From: a virus
Reading direction: 5' to 3' (one strand)
IMG/VR virus record: IMGVR_UViG_3300028534_000016
Location: 28,152-92,151 of that record
Length of the DNA: 64,000 nt
The notes under the pieces are model-generated. The model ran no database searches and had not been told where the DNA came from. It was given only the letters and a program-made list of their open reading frames with translations. This document shows positions 30,218 through 40,080 of the stretch, in pieces. Position 1 is the first letter of the stretch. Every line of letters starts with the position of its first letter. The position numbers were made by a program, and so were the translations under genes.

Positions 30218-31504
30218 ATGACTGTTTTAGAATACTTCCAATATAGTATCCGTAATGGATACCTTAATAAACTTAAATGGTATTATTCTGTTTTAAGTTT
30301 ACCTAGTAAAGATGTAGTTGAAAATGATTACTATACATATACTAAAGGTAAATATGTAGTTAAACTCAACAATGGTGAGGTAGCTACTATAGATGAAACA
30401 TTAAAAGATAGACCATTGCTTACTATTAAAGACAAAGTTCTTTTAACGAATGAGGATATGTCTAATATAGATAAAGAAGTTAAAACTAATGTAGGTATAG
30501 CTATAGCTAACTACTTATTAACTTACCATCCTTTTAAAGGAAAAATTCCTTTTATTAATGGTGAAGTAAAAGTCAAAGAGATAGAAACAATTATTAAAGA
30601 TTTATTAACTAACGATAAATCTAGCCAAGACAAAATAACTATTCCTGAATATATTGAGTTTGCCGATAATGCTATGTTCTTAATGAATATTAGTAAATTA
30701 GTAACTATTTCTGCTACCTATAAGACAATGTTACCTCCACCAGGTATTAAAGAGTATAAGAAGAAACTTATTAAAGAGTTTAAAGAAAAATACGGTGATG
30801 ATGTTTTTAAAGACTATACTAAGGTAGCTGACTTAGAAGCTAAGCTGAAAGAGTACGATGATGACTGGATTAAAGATGACCCTAGTTACGGTAAAGTACT
30901 TTCTGGTAAGATTAAGAATGTTAGTAGGTCTAAATTATTCTTAGATTACGGAGCAGAAGCAGCTTTCGATAAATCAGGTATAGCTAACTTTGTAAGTAAT
31001 TCATTATTAGAAGGGTGGCCTACGGACCCTGAACAATTAGCTAATATGTATAATGCATCTAGAGCTGGTTCCTATGACCGTGGTGCTGAAACACAAAATG
31101 GTGGTGTTGCTGCTAAGATTATTCTTAGAGCTACAAATAGTATTAAAATCATGGATACTGATTGTAAAACTAAGATAGGTAAAAAGATAGTTGTAGCTAA
31201 AAACAACAAAGAAAAACTATATGGTAGGTACATGATTATAGGTGGGACTAATGTATTGTTTACTAAAGAGAATGCTGATAAGTATTTAGGTAAAGAAGTA
31301 GAGTTTAGATCACCTGCATATTGTTTAACTAAAGACAATAATATCTGTAGAAAATGTTCTGGTGAAGAACTTTATAACTATAAAGATGGTATTAGTCTAT
31401 TAGTATTACAAGTAGGTGCTATTTTACTATATATCTCGATGTCAAGTATGCATAGCGCGATTTTAGAAACAAGAACGTATAACCCTGATGATGCACTATC
31501 CTAA
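30218..31504 (+). CDS. virion RNA polymerase beta' C-terminal subunit (phiKZ gp80-like)
   Basis: RAGSYDRGAETQNGG (bridge-helix-like), DTDCKT and RSPAYC...ICRKCSG zinc-site motifs; 428 aa. Confidence 0.8.
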   Translation: MTVLEYFQYSIRNGYLNKLKWYYSVLSLPSKDVVENDYYTYTKGKYVVKLNNGEVATIDETLKDRPLLTIKDKVLLTNEDMSNIDKEVKTNVGIAIANYLLTYHPFKGKIPFINGEVKVKEIETIIKDLLTNDKSSQDKITIPEYIEFADNAMFLMNISKLVTISATYKTMLPPPGIKEYKKKLIKEFKEKYGDDVFKDYTKVADLEAKLKEYDDDWIKDDPSYGKVLSGKIKNVSRSKLFLDYGAEAAFDKSGIANFVSNSLLEGWPTDPEQLANMYNASRAGSYDRGAETQNGGVAAKIILRATNSIKIMDTDCKTKIGKKIVVAKNNKEKLYGRYMIIGGTNVLFTKENADKYLGKEVEFRSPAYCLTKDNNICRKCSGEELYNYKDGISLLVLQVGAILLYISMSSMHSAILETRTYNPDDALS

Positions 31505-31515
31505 ATGGATAGTGT
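31493..31515 (+). terminator. hairpin followed by a T-rich tract
   Basis: GCACTATCC-TAAAT-GGATAGTGT, then TTATTTTTTT. Confidence 0.55.
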
Positions 31516-31580
31516 ATCTATACTACTTATTTTTTTAGGTTAGCTTCTTTAACTGAAATATTAAACTAGAAGGAAACTTT

Positions 31581-32096
31581 ATGAGTAAAGAACAAGTACA
31601 AGAAGAAGCTACATTAGCTGTAGATACCAGAGAAGATCAAGAACAAGAACCATTATACTGGGAAAGTCTTGTAGATTTAAAAAATGATATTGCTGAAACT
31701 ATTATTAGACAACAAGCATTCATTCTTGAAATCAATAAGCAAAATATTGAACGTTTACAAAAAGACCCAGATGCATTAGCTATGTTAGAAGGATTAATGT
31801 TATCACTTAGTGATTTAGCTAAAGAAACTGCCGAAATCTTTAAAGCACATAGTGATGAACAAGGTAATATTGTTACTGGTAAAGTAGAAGGTATTGATGA
31901 ACAGATGAAATACTTAAGTATAGCTAACCAATATATTACTATCCATGAAAATATCATCAGTACTACGAACAATGTATATTTGGATGTGTTTACTAGATTA
32001 AATCTAGACCATAATCTTTTAAACCAAATTAAAGAAACTATAGCTGCTGGTCAAACTGAAGTAAAGGAAGTTGTTGATGGAACAGAATCAAAATAA
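31581..32096 (+). CDS. hypothetical helical protein
   Basis: 171 aa; AAGGA SD. Confidence 0.65.
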   Translation: MSKEQVQEEATLAVDTREDQEQEPLYWESLVDLKNDIAETIIRQQAFILEINKQNIERLQKDPDALAMLEGLMLSLSDLAKETAEIFKAHSDEQGNIVTGKVEGIDEQMKYLSIANQYITIHENIISTTNNVYLDVFTRLNLDHNLLNQIKETIAAGQTEVKEVVDGTESK

Positions 32097-33603
32097 CGAA
32101 GAAACAAAAGTAGAAGAGGTTACTGAAGAAGTAACTGAATCTACCGAGGAAGAAATTAATCAATACGATGAACATAAAACTAATCCTATTGAAGAAGAGA
32201 AAGATATCGATCCTAAAGAGGCTGAAGAATATCTACCTTTCCCTAGTACACTATATAGTAAATTAGTAGATGCTCTTGAAAAGATTAACTCGTTAACTAA
32301 AGAAGAGTTCAATAACAAATACACTGAACGTGATGCACATGTACTTAAACTAAATGTAGATAGTACTGACTATACTAATACTGAAGATATGTTAGCAGAA
32401 CCACTTAATAAAGAAGATGGATTTATTAACAGTGTTAGTTATGGTAGTAAAGAACTAATGATAAGACCATTGCCTGTAAATAGTGCAGGTAAAGCTTTAA
32501 ATGGTGATGCTGCTATAGCTAGAATAGCATCTATACTAGGTGTTGGTGAAGTAACACAAGTACCGTTATGGCATTCAGGATTCTGGGTAACATTAAAACC
32601 AATTAAAGACGTAGAACTTATTAACCTAGATATTATGTTAACTAATAACCAAATTCAATTAGGTAGAGACACTAATACGTTAATTTTCTCTAACTACTCA
32701 GTAGTGTTTAATAGAATCATAACTAACTTTATAGTTAACCATATTCAGAATACTACCTTAGACTTACCTGCAGGTGAAGATATACGTAAATATATAGCTG
32801 TACAAGACCTCTATACGTTAGTTAATGCTTTACTATACTCAATGTACCCTAAAGGACATATCTTAACTAGAACATGCTCTAACACTACTGTAATAGACCC
32901 TGAAACTAAGAAACCTAAATGTGACAAAGTTATATCTGGTAAAATTGATTTTAGAAAACTTTTATGGGTAAATAGAAAAGGTCTTAGTAAAGAACATATG
33001 AAGATTATGTCTTCTCGTAATCCTAACTCAGTAACTATTGATGATGTGTTAGAATACCAAAACACATTGAGTATTAATAAACAACGTACTAAGAAGTTTA
33101 CTACAACTAGCGGTAGTGTTCTTGAGGTAGTATTTAAATCACCTACATTGGCAGAGTATATCGATAATGGTGAAATGTGGGTAAACAATGTTATTAAGAG
33201 TTGTGAATCTATGTTTACAGATACTACTGATGATGAAGAACGCAATATGATTATAGATAACGTAACAGCTACTATGGTTTTAGGTGTTTACAATGTATAC
33301 GTTGATAAGATTGTGTTAGAAGATGGTTCATACATTGATGATATTGATGATGCATTATCTGTCTTAAGTACAGATAATAAACTATTGAAAGAATTCTTAG
33401 AAGAAGTTAAGGATTATATCAATAGTAACAATATTAGTATTATCGGTATTCCTGACTATACTTGTAGTGGGTGTAAAGAGTCACAAATTAAGGAAGATAA
33501 GAAAGGTCCTTTTAAACAAATGATTCCTATTAATGTGCTTGAAAGTTTTTTCTCCCTATGCGTCCTCAGGATAATGAAAGCACAAGAAAACCGCATATCT
33601 TAG
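32077..33603 (+). CDS. tail/baseplate assembly chaperone-like protein (T4 gp26-like or lambda G-like)
   Basis: VPLWHSGFWVTLKP motif; C-terminal CxxC (CSGC); precedes a gp51/T-like ORF. Confidence 0.5.
   Translation: MEQNQNNEETKVEEVTEEVTESTEEEINQYDEHKTNPIEEEKDIDPKEAEEYLPFPSTLYSKLVDALEKINSLTKEEFNNKYTERDAHVLKLNVDSTDYTNTEDMLAEPLNKEDGFINSVSYGSKELMIRPLPVNSAGKALNGDAAIARIASILGVGEVTQVPLWHSGFWVTLKPIKDVELINLDIMLTNNQIQLGRDTNTLIFSNYSVVFNRIITNFIVNHIQNTTLDLPAGEDIRKYIAVQDLYTLVNALLYSMYPKGHILTRTCSNTTVIDPETKKPKCDKVISGKIDFRKLLWVNRKGLSKEHMKIMSSRNPNSVTIDDVLEYQNTLSINKQRTKKFTTTSGSVLEVVFKSPTLAEYIDNGEMWVNNVIKSCESMFTDTTDDEERNMIIDNVTATMVLGVYNVYVDKIVLEDGSYIDDIDDALSVLSTDNKLLKEFLEEVKDYINSNNISIIGIPDYTCSGCKESQIKEDKKGPFKQMIPINVLESFFSLCVLRIMKAQENRIS
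33546..33552 (+). promoter_or_regulatory. candidate -1 ribosomal frameshift heptamer T TTT TTC
   Basis: In frame with the upstream ORF; the -1 frame runs TTT TTT CTC CCT ATG into ORF 33558-34037. Confidence 0.55.
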
Positions 33604-34037
33604 ATATTGAATTTTTACACAGGACAAATGAACTTGATTACATTCTTGCAGTACGTGAGAATGTAACTCAAGTCTTGACTAGTCCAGAAACTAGAGTACT
33701 ATTTGATGTACTCTATGACAGAGAGTTCGGTTTAAGTAATCTTCATGATGAAGCAGACCAAGCTATAGGTCCTGTGTTATATAGAGAACAAGAGTCAGTA
33801 GATGATGTACACTCTTATAAATCCTTAGTAAGAATATATCTAGATAGAGATATAAATAAGTTCTTTGGTTTGAGTTTAGATGAATTTTTAAATTTATCTA
33901 GATATGAAAGAATAATGTTAGTAGAACTAGCAGAGGAACACATGATTAAAATAGACAATCGGTTAAAAGCATTAAAAGAGGGCGCTGATGCTAAAACTGA
34001 TGATTTAAGTAATTTTATGGATGGTTTAGATGGATAA
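33558..34037 (+). CDS. T4 gp51-like / tail chaperone T-like protein
   Basis: FFGLSLDEFLNLSRYERIMLVE resembles the gp51/T-type motif; no SD before its ATG. Confidence 0.5.
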   Translation: MRPQDNESTRKPHILDIEFLHRTNELDYILAVRENVTQVLTSPETRVLFDVLYDREFGLSNLHDEADQAIGPVLYREQESVDDVHSYKSLVRIYLDRDINKFFGLSLDEFLNLSRYERIMLVELAEEHMIKIDNRLKALKEGADAKTDDLSNFMDGLDG

Positions 34038-34737
34038 AGAGTTAAAAGAAACCGCACAGGATATATTTATAGATATTGATTCCTTATTTGATACTAGACT
34101 ACCTGTAGTTTATTTCCTAGATGAAGAAGTAGCTACTAGTATAGTAGAAGACGGTAGTTACTTTACTAGGAAAAGTGATAAGTTTAAATATATAGATAAC
34201 AATATTTTCAAAGCTGTTTATAAAGAAAGAAATAAAACTTTGTTAACATTAGCTACACCTACTAACATAATGGGTATTTTAAAACAATACTATAGTGAGT
34301 TAATGACACAACATAAGTTAGACGGTACTAATAAAAATATAACGATATATTTAAATATATATCCTTATGAACTAAGTTTAGAAGAGACTGATAAATTAGT
34401 GATTGGAATACAAGCTATCACTTCTAAAGAAGTAGTAGTTAAAATAGTCTCTATGGAAAAGAGAGACTTAACTGTTAAATGGGTTAACGACAACTTAGCT
34501 GTAATGGTCATGTATGATGGATTAGAGTGGTTAGAGTATTATACTGCTAACTTTGAATTGATTAACAATCCATTATTAGACGTAGGACTAATAGTTCCTG
34601 CTATAGTAACAAATAACAGTTTTAATCCAGAGAAAATAGATGACTATGAAGCATTTATAGTAGATACAGAAAAAGCTACAGAACCTTTAATTAAATTAAA
34701 GATGTTGTATGCTAAAGATTTTTCGATAGCAAATTAG
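34030..34737 (+). CDS. conserved hypothetical protein (possible HAD-like DxD)
   Basis: IFIDIDSLFDTRL N-terminus, recalled from phiKZ-like phages. Confidence 0.55.
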   Translation: MDKELKETAQDIFIDIDSLFDTRLPVVYFLDEEVATSIVEDGSYFTRKSDKFKYIDNNIFKAVYKERNKTLLTLATPTNIMGILKQYYSELMTQHKLDGTNKNITIYLNIYPYELSLEETDKLVIGIQAITSKEVVVKIVSMEKRDLTVKWVNDNLAVMVMYDGLEWLEYYTANFELINNPLLDVGLIVPAIVTNNSFNPEKIDDYEAFIVDTEKATEPLIKLKMLYAKDFSIAN

Positions 34738-34769
34738 TAACTAGTATAGCCTATAGGCTATACTAGTTA
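34738..34769. terminator. perfect 32-bp palindrome between convergent genes
   Basis: TAACTAGTATAGCCTATAGGCTATACTAGTTA. Confidence 0.75.
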
Positions 34770-34773
34770 TGTA

Positions 34774-37700
34774 TTAATACATATATTGTACTTTAGCACT
34801 TAATCCATCATAATCGTTAGTATTTAAATCAGCGATATTATCAGTAATCGTTACAGGAACAACCGTAGTCGTGCCGTCGTCATTGATTACTAATACCGTA
34901 TTAAAATTTAATACTTCATTATTAGTAGGATAATATGTTAATGTTAGTTTTCCATCACTTATAGCTAGTGTTTCGCTGTATTGTGATTCTACAGGATAAA
35001 CATATTTATAATCACTAAAATTAACATCAGGACGTGAACCATCTACAGTATTCGTCAAATACATATATTTTTCACTACGATGAATTGTTGGGTCATAATC
35101 AGGATTAACGATTTGGAGCCCTACTGGAAACTCAACTTGATATGTGCTAGTTAAATCTCTAGTCAGAACCAGATTATTTTCATTATTAATAAAGCCATTC
35201 TTAGTTTTAGTATATTTATGTTCTATAATATCATTAATATTATATCCTCTATTAGTATAAAATATACCGCCAATATATAATGTTTGCGTATCAAATCCTT
35301 CATCATTGTACTCGAATGTAAATCTAATTCTTTGTATTGTTGGAATACTATCTAAATGTGTTTCTAGACTAACTAGAATCCATTTATCGAAATCTAAAAC
35401 CTTATTAGCGGTAGTAGTACAATAATTAGTATTATGGTCAGCATCAGTAATACTAAAATCTAAACTAATATTACTACTTTCAGGAGATAAATCAATATAT
35501 TCATTATTAGGAATATATATCCATATATGACACATATATTTATCACCAGGTAACTCATCCGCATTAAAATAATTCAATAGATAAAGTTCTTCATCTGTTT
35601 CTTGCTTAGTGTATTTCGCTATATTAGATATAGAATTAATATTTGGAATATTTTCTTTTTCACAATCAGTAATTATTAAATTACCTGTATACACCCTATA
35701 TGCTGATAATCCTGCTCCAAATACCGGATTCGGATTAATATTTATAGTATCATTTACTTCCTTAATAACAGGAACAACATTTCCTTGTTTACGCATAGTG
35801 TTTATTTCTACATTAGTACTATTATCAGTTTTTGTATAAGCATTTATTCCTATGGCACTACTACTTATTGGTAAATCAGCAGTAATTCCGTCTACTTTAT
35901 CCAATATTAAATATGTAATATTTGGTATTACGTTATTAATAGCGTTTATATGTATGTCCGCACATTGAGTATAATAATCAATTAGATAATTATTGTCTAC
36001 TGATGAATCTAACGGAATTAATGTTCCAAATTTAAAAAATCCTTCTGATCCAATACCCTCGGAATAAACTCCATTAAAAGTCAAACCAGTTATTGCATCA
36101 AATGTACTAGGGAACATTGTAACAAATCCTTCTACCAGGAGATTACTGATTACATTACTATCACAACCATATGCACGTATAGGTTGTTTTATATTTTCAA
36201 AATTAATATCTAAATTATTATTATTAAACTCAAACAAATTTGCGCCAATTATAGTGCTAGTAACAAGTATATCTCTGAATGAATTTACCCATCCGGCTAA
36301 TTCCATTCCGGTGTGAAAACCTCTAATTTTAATATCGTGCATATTTCCTCTATTAAAATGATGCCTAGTACCATTGTCGTCATAACTTAATGTTCTAATA
36401 CAACATAAGTTATAAAATAAATTCAAAGTATCATCATTAGCTACATCGTTATATCCTATAATATTCAAATAAGCTATATGTAGGTTTTCACCTTTTATTA
36501 ATAATACTTCTTTATCTGGTCGTTCGTAAGTAAATAAATCAATACCCGTATTATAATGTTTATATGTATATTCAGATATAGTTTCTGTTCCGTTGTTGGT
36601 ATATTTAATTATCGTATTGGTTCTACTAGTTCCAAGTAATGAACATTCAACAACTAATGTATCGTTAATATAAATTGTTTTATCAGGAATAACAACTATT
36701 CTATCTTCTGCTTTACCTTTATCTAAAGCTCTTTGGAACTCAATAGTATTTTTAGTAATGATATCAACATCTGAAGTATATCCGAATACAATATCATAAT
36801 GTTCTAAATTTATCTCATTATATGGAGCAATTCCATTAAATGCTTTTCTTTTACCAACACCAAATACTGCTATACTGCCTACCGCTAATAAGTTACTTAC
36901 AGGAATATCTAAATTAGTTAAATCATCAGCGTCAACACCATTAGCAAAAGTTATTCTTATTTTATTTAAATCATAACCTTGTCCGCCGTTAGCTCGCCAT
37001 AGAAATGTTTGCGATAAATTATCAGTATAATTTTCTAAAGTACCCCAGGTACTGCCATTATCATTACTATATTCTATTTTAATGTCTTTAGCTATTCTTG
37101 ACATTTGAAAAAAACCAATACCTATTGCATGTACTCTTGCTTGTGGTATCGTTAACTCAAACACTATCTCACCGTCACCATTCTCTTCAGGCCACCTAAA
37201 TGTTGCTCTGTGGTTAGTTCCAGTTGGTTGTGTGAACATTTTATATGCAGTACTGCTACTTGGAGTAGAAGTGAATCCACCAAAATCAGTTAAGTTAGCA
37301 ACTAAGTTATCTTGGAACCCTATGCCATTTCTAGTATCGTCACCCCAATGATATAATGCTTTAAAATATTCAGGAGTTTCATATTGATCACCATTATCTT
37401 TAGCTGCTATACTAGCAATCATTATTTGCGACTTATAATATGGTGAATAAAATCCATCACTATATATATTTCCTTTAGTCTGTGAATCATATATCATAAA
37501 TCCATAAGCAGAATTCCAATCCCAAATAACTCCTTCAAATGTATTAGATCCGCCATTACCACTTAATTTAAGTCCTTGTGTTCCTGCAAGAGTATCTGGT
37601 TGTATGTGTAAATCAAAAATATTTTTACTTATTTCACCAGTACCTAAATTTTCTAATGTAACACTTTCGAAAGCTTTATTTATCATTCCTTTAAATTTAT

Positions 37701-38496
37701 TACTAGTTACATATGCGCCATTATCTACATTAATAGAAATAGCCCTTTTACAGTCATGGATATGTATATTTTTAATATTCCACCACGACATACCATCATC
37801 AGTATTAACTAAATCAATATCAAAAGCAGTGATGTCATTACCATATCTTCCGATAAGAGATAGTGAATCAATCCAAACATAATGTGGGTTCTTCCAATAT
37901 ACTTCTTTAATAATATCATAATCTTCTGAAATGCCTGTATCTACAGCAAATAATCTTCCGTTAAAAAGAGATTTTTTTGCAGCGGATAAATGTAATCTAT
38001 CGATAGTTATGGTATTACCAACTATTCTAACCACATCACCACTATCACTATATGGAACAAATACGCCATCCATATCCATATTTAGTCCGCTTTTTAATAG
38101 TAAATTACTTACAGCATAGTCACCTTTAGGTATGAAAATTGTATTAGTTTTATAAAATCTATCACCTATACTTTTAAATTCTTCATAAGTCGCGTCTATT
38201 ACTTTTTGAATAGCCTCGGTATCATTGGTAACACCGTCGCCTTTAGCTCCGAACCATCTTACGTCTATTGGTCCGTCATATATTGCTCTCCAACCACCAT
38301 TTTCAACATATAGTACAGTTCCTCCATTATCATCTTCAGGAGTTATATCGTCATCCCATACATATGTTAAATCTATGTCATCTTGAACTACTGCTATGTT
38401 AGCACGTCCAATGTAATGTAGTAACCTCTCTCTATCTATAGCGTGCTGAAGAGTTCTACTCTTCTCATTAACTTTAGTTATTTTCTTTTTAAGCAT
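34774..38496 (-). CDS. tailspike/depolymerase with two pectate-lyase-like beta-helix modules
   Basis: DDNGGTV...GGW anchor, DVRWFGAKGDGVTNDTEAIQKVID; second start YDIVFGY...NTIEFQRALD..IVVIPDKTIYIND; discoidin-like KIEYSNDNGSTW between them. Confidence 0.75.
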   Translation of the reverse strand: MLKKKITKVNEKSRTLQHAIDRERLLHYIGRANIAVVQDDIDLTYVWDDDITPEDDNGGTVLYVENGGWRAIYDGPIDVRWFGAKGDGVTNDTEAIQKVIDATYEEFKSIGDRFYKTNTIFIPKGDYAVSNLLLKSGLNMDMDGVFVPYSDSGDVVRIVGNTITIDRLHLSAAKKSLFNGRLFAVDTGISEDYDIIKEVYWKNPHYVWIDSLSLIGRYGNDITAFDIDLVNTDDGMSWWNIKNIHIHDCKRAISINVDNGAYVTSNKFKGMINKAFESVTLENLGTGEISKNIFDLHIQPDTLAGTQGLKLSGNGGSNTFEGVIWDWNSAYGFMIYDSQTKGNIYSDGFYSPYYKSQIMIASIAAKDNGDQYETPEYFKALYHWGDDTRNGIGFQDNLVANLTDFGGFTSTPSSSTAYKMFTQPTGTNHRATFRWPEENGDGEIVFELTIPQARVHAIGIGFFQMSRIAKDIKIEYSNDNGSTWGTLENYTDNLSQTFLWRANGGQGYDLNKIRITFANGVDADDLTNLDIPVSNLLAVGSIAVFGVGKRKAFNGIAPYNEINLEHYDIVFGYTSDVDIITKNTIEFQRALDKGKAEDRIVVIPDKTIYINDTLVVECSLLGTSRTNTIIKYTNNGTETISEYTYKHYNTGIDLFTYERPDKEVLLIKGENLHIAYLNIIGYNDVANDDTLNLFYNLCCIRTLSYDDNGTRHHFNRGNMHDIKIRGFHTGMELAGWVNSFRDILVTSTIIGANLFEFNNNNLDINFENIKQPIRAYGCDSNVISNLLVEGFVTMFPSTFDAITGLTFNGVYSEGIGSEGFFKFGTLIPLDSSVDNNYLIDYYTQCADIHINAINNVIPNITYLILDKVDGITADLPISSSAIGINAYTKTDNSTNVEINTMRKQGNVVPVIKEVNDTININPNPVFGAGLSAYRVYTGNLIITDCEKENIPNINSISNIAKYTKQETDEELYLLNYFNADELPGDKYMCHIWIYIPNNEYIDLSPESSNISLDFSITDADHNTNYCTTTANKVLDFDKWILVSLETHLDSIPTIQRIRFTFEYNDEGFDTQTLYIGGIFYTNRGYNINDIIEHKYTKTKNGFINNENNLVLTRDLTSTYQVEFPVGLQIVNPDYDPTIHRSEKYMYLTNTVDGSRPDVNFSDYKYVYPVESQYSETLAISDGKLTLTYYPTNNEVLNFNTVLVINDDGTTTVVPVTITDNIADLNTNDYDGLSAKVQYMY

Positions 38497-38544
38497 TATT
38501 TATCCTTATAAATGTTATCATTCAAATCAAAAAAAAAATAATAT

Positions 38545-38572
38545 ACTAGTAGAGACTTATGTCTCTACTAGT
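38545..38572. terminator. hairpin followed by a T-run on the minus strand
   Basis: ACTAGTAGAGAC-TTAT-GTCTCTACTAGT. Confidence 0.7.
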
Positions 38573-38580
38573 GTTATCTC

Positions 38581-39189
38581 TTATAACTCTTCACCATCCG
38601 GTGATGTTGGATCTATGTCGTCATAGATTAAATTGTTAACAGCATTCCATGTCTCTAGGATAGCTGACTTGTCTAATATGTCTAACGGCTCATAGTAATC
38701 TTCATTACTATAATGTTCAACATATCCACTTCCATCTTCTTCAAACTGCAACACGCCATCCATTACTCGTTGATAATCATATCTTTCTTTGCCGGTATTA
38801 TCAGGTTCGTAATCAATGTATGTCTCTTGAAAACCATGACACATATTTTTATCATACAACTCTCTTACATTAGGGTTAGCCATAATGTAGTGTTGCATCA
38901 TAAGGTTAGCTTCAGGTATATGTGTTTCATCTAACGGATAAATAACATCTTGACCTGCATGCATTCCTGTACCATGTATCAAAGCTTTCGTTGCGTTAAT
39001 CAATGCGCTGTTGTTGTATCTGTCATATAGATTAGTTACTGTGTTAACAAAGTTATCAGCAACTCCACTAAATGTATCTACAGCTCTCTGCATGTTTTGA
39101 TGGAAGTAATCTAATAACCGTTCATCAGGAGGTCTATAAATCAATGCGTTAAAAGCATCTGCTCCTCCTGGTATAACGTTTACTTGCAT
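38581..39189 (-). CDS. conserved chimallivirus core hypothetical protein downstream of the gp55-like gene
   Basis: GGADAFNALIY, YIMANPNVR, YQRVMDGV motifs; synteny. Confidence 0.6.
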   Translation of the reverse strand: MQVNVIPGGADAFNALIYRPPDERLLDYFHQNMQRAVDTFSGVADNFVNTVTNLYDRYNNSALINATKALIHGTGMHAGQDVIYPLDETHIPEANLMMQHYIMANPNVRELYDKNMCHGFQETYIDYEPDNTGKERYDYQRVMDGVLQFEEDGSGYVEHYSNEDYYEPLDILDKSAILETWNAVNNLIYDDIDPTSPDGEEL

Positions 39190-39207
39190 GTTTACTCCTT
39201 CATATTC

Positions 39208-39429
39208 TTATATAGCAATCTTAGTTAGTTGTTCATAAATAGGATCACTATCTTGGTTCTCTTCAGGTGTATCTAAGTAATTACTTAAAATACTTGTTAC
39301 TGATGAGAGTAATGACATATTACCACTTATACTAAATGGTTTGTTTATGTCAGTAATGTTAAAGTGTGGTTTAAACACTTCTAGTTTCTTCGCTAAATAA
39401 TTATCACCAATAATAGTGAAATTAAGTGC
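39208..39429 (-). CDS. non-virion RNAP beta' N-terminal subunit (phiKZ gp55-like), exon 3
   Basis: ALNFTIIGDNYLAKK follows NADFDGD after splicing; spliced product 488 aa. Confidence 0.85.
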   Translation of the reverse strand, partial: ALNFTIIGDNYLAKKLEVFKPHFNITDINKPFSISGNMSLLSSVTSILSNYLDTPEENQDSDPIYEQLTKIAI

Positions 39430-39954
39430 CAAATAGTTCACTAGGTATCGCTACTACCTAGCAGTCGGAATTGCACCGACATCTCTACCTTTCAGTAGAC
39501 GACTACAGTATCTCTGTAGAAGGGACTATTGTCCGTTCAGACTATATCTTATATGCATACGCATATCACTCCGTTTCGTCTTTAAGAGGACATACCTCAC
39601 CGCTTGGCGCTACTCTACTTTCTTTAATCTGCATAAGTAGACCATAGGGTTATTACATTACCTATGTGATTATCACATTGCTATGATGTGAGTTAGATTT
39701 CGATAGTCGTTGAACATATACCATACCGCAGATGCAGGTTAGGTACTTCGTTGCATCGATTCCCTATTGTTACATATATATGAGTTTTTACCTTGCCTAC
39801 TGAGAATATTACCTCGTAGGTATTACAGTCTGTTTCCAGCTGTAAGTGGTATCATATATCTTTAAGGGTTCCTGCTATTAGGAGCGTTAGGAGACACTCT
39901 CTATTAGATATCTATATAAACAAGACATTCATTAGATATCTAATATTTACGAAA
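39430..39954 (-). mobile_element. group I intron B in the RNAP gene (525 nt, no ORF)
   Basis: P1 GGAGAT|...GTCTCC; P AATAGCAGGAAC; Q CGATGCAACGAAG; R GTTCAACGACTA; S AAGATATAGTC; P3 GCTCC/GGAGT; terminal G. Confidence 0.9.
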
Positions 39955-40080
39955 ATCTCCATCAAAATCAGCATTCATAAATTTTGCACTGAGCAACGGA
40001 ATTTGTATAGTGTAATTTTTTACATTCTTATCAAACTTCGTTATGTGTACATAAAGGATAGAACCCTGTAGAAGGCTGGG
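39955..40080 (-). CDS. RNAP beta' subunit exon 2 (126 nt, catalytic motif)
   Basis: PSLLQGSILYVHITKFDKNVKNYTIQIPLLSAKFMNADFDGD. Confidence 0.9.

Noticed and set aside
39464-39480. tRNA T-arm-like hairpin GTCGGTGCAATTCCGAC (minus strand)
   Set aside because: No acceptor, D or anticodon arms; it lies just after the S element and is explained as intron B P9
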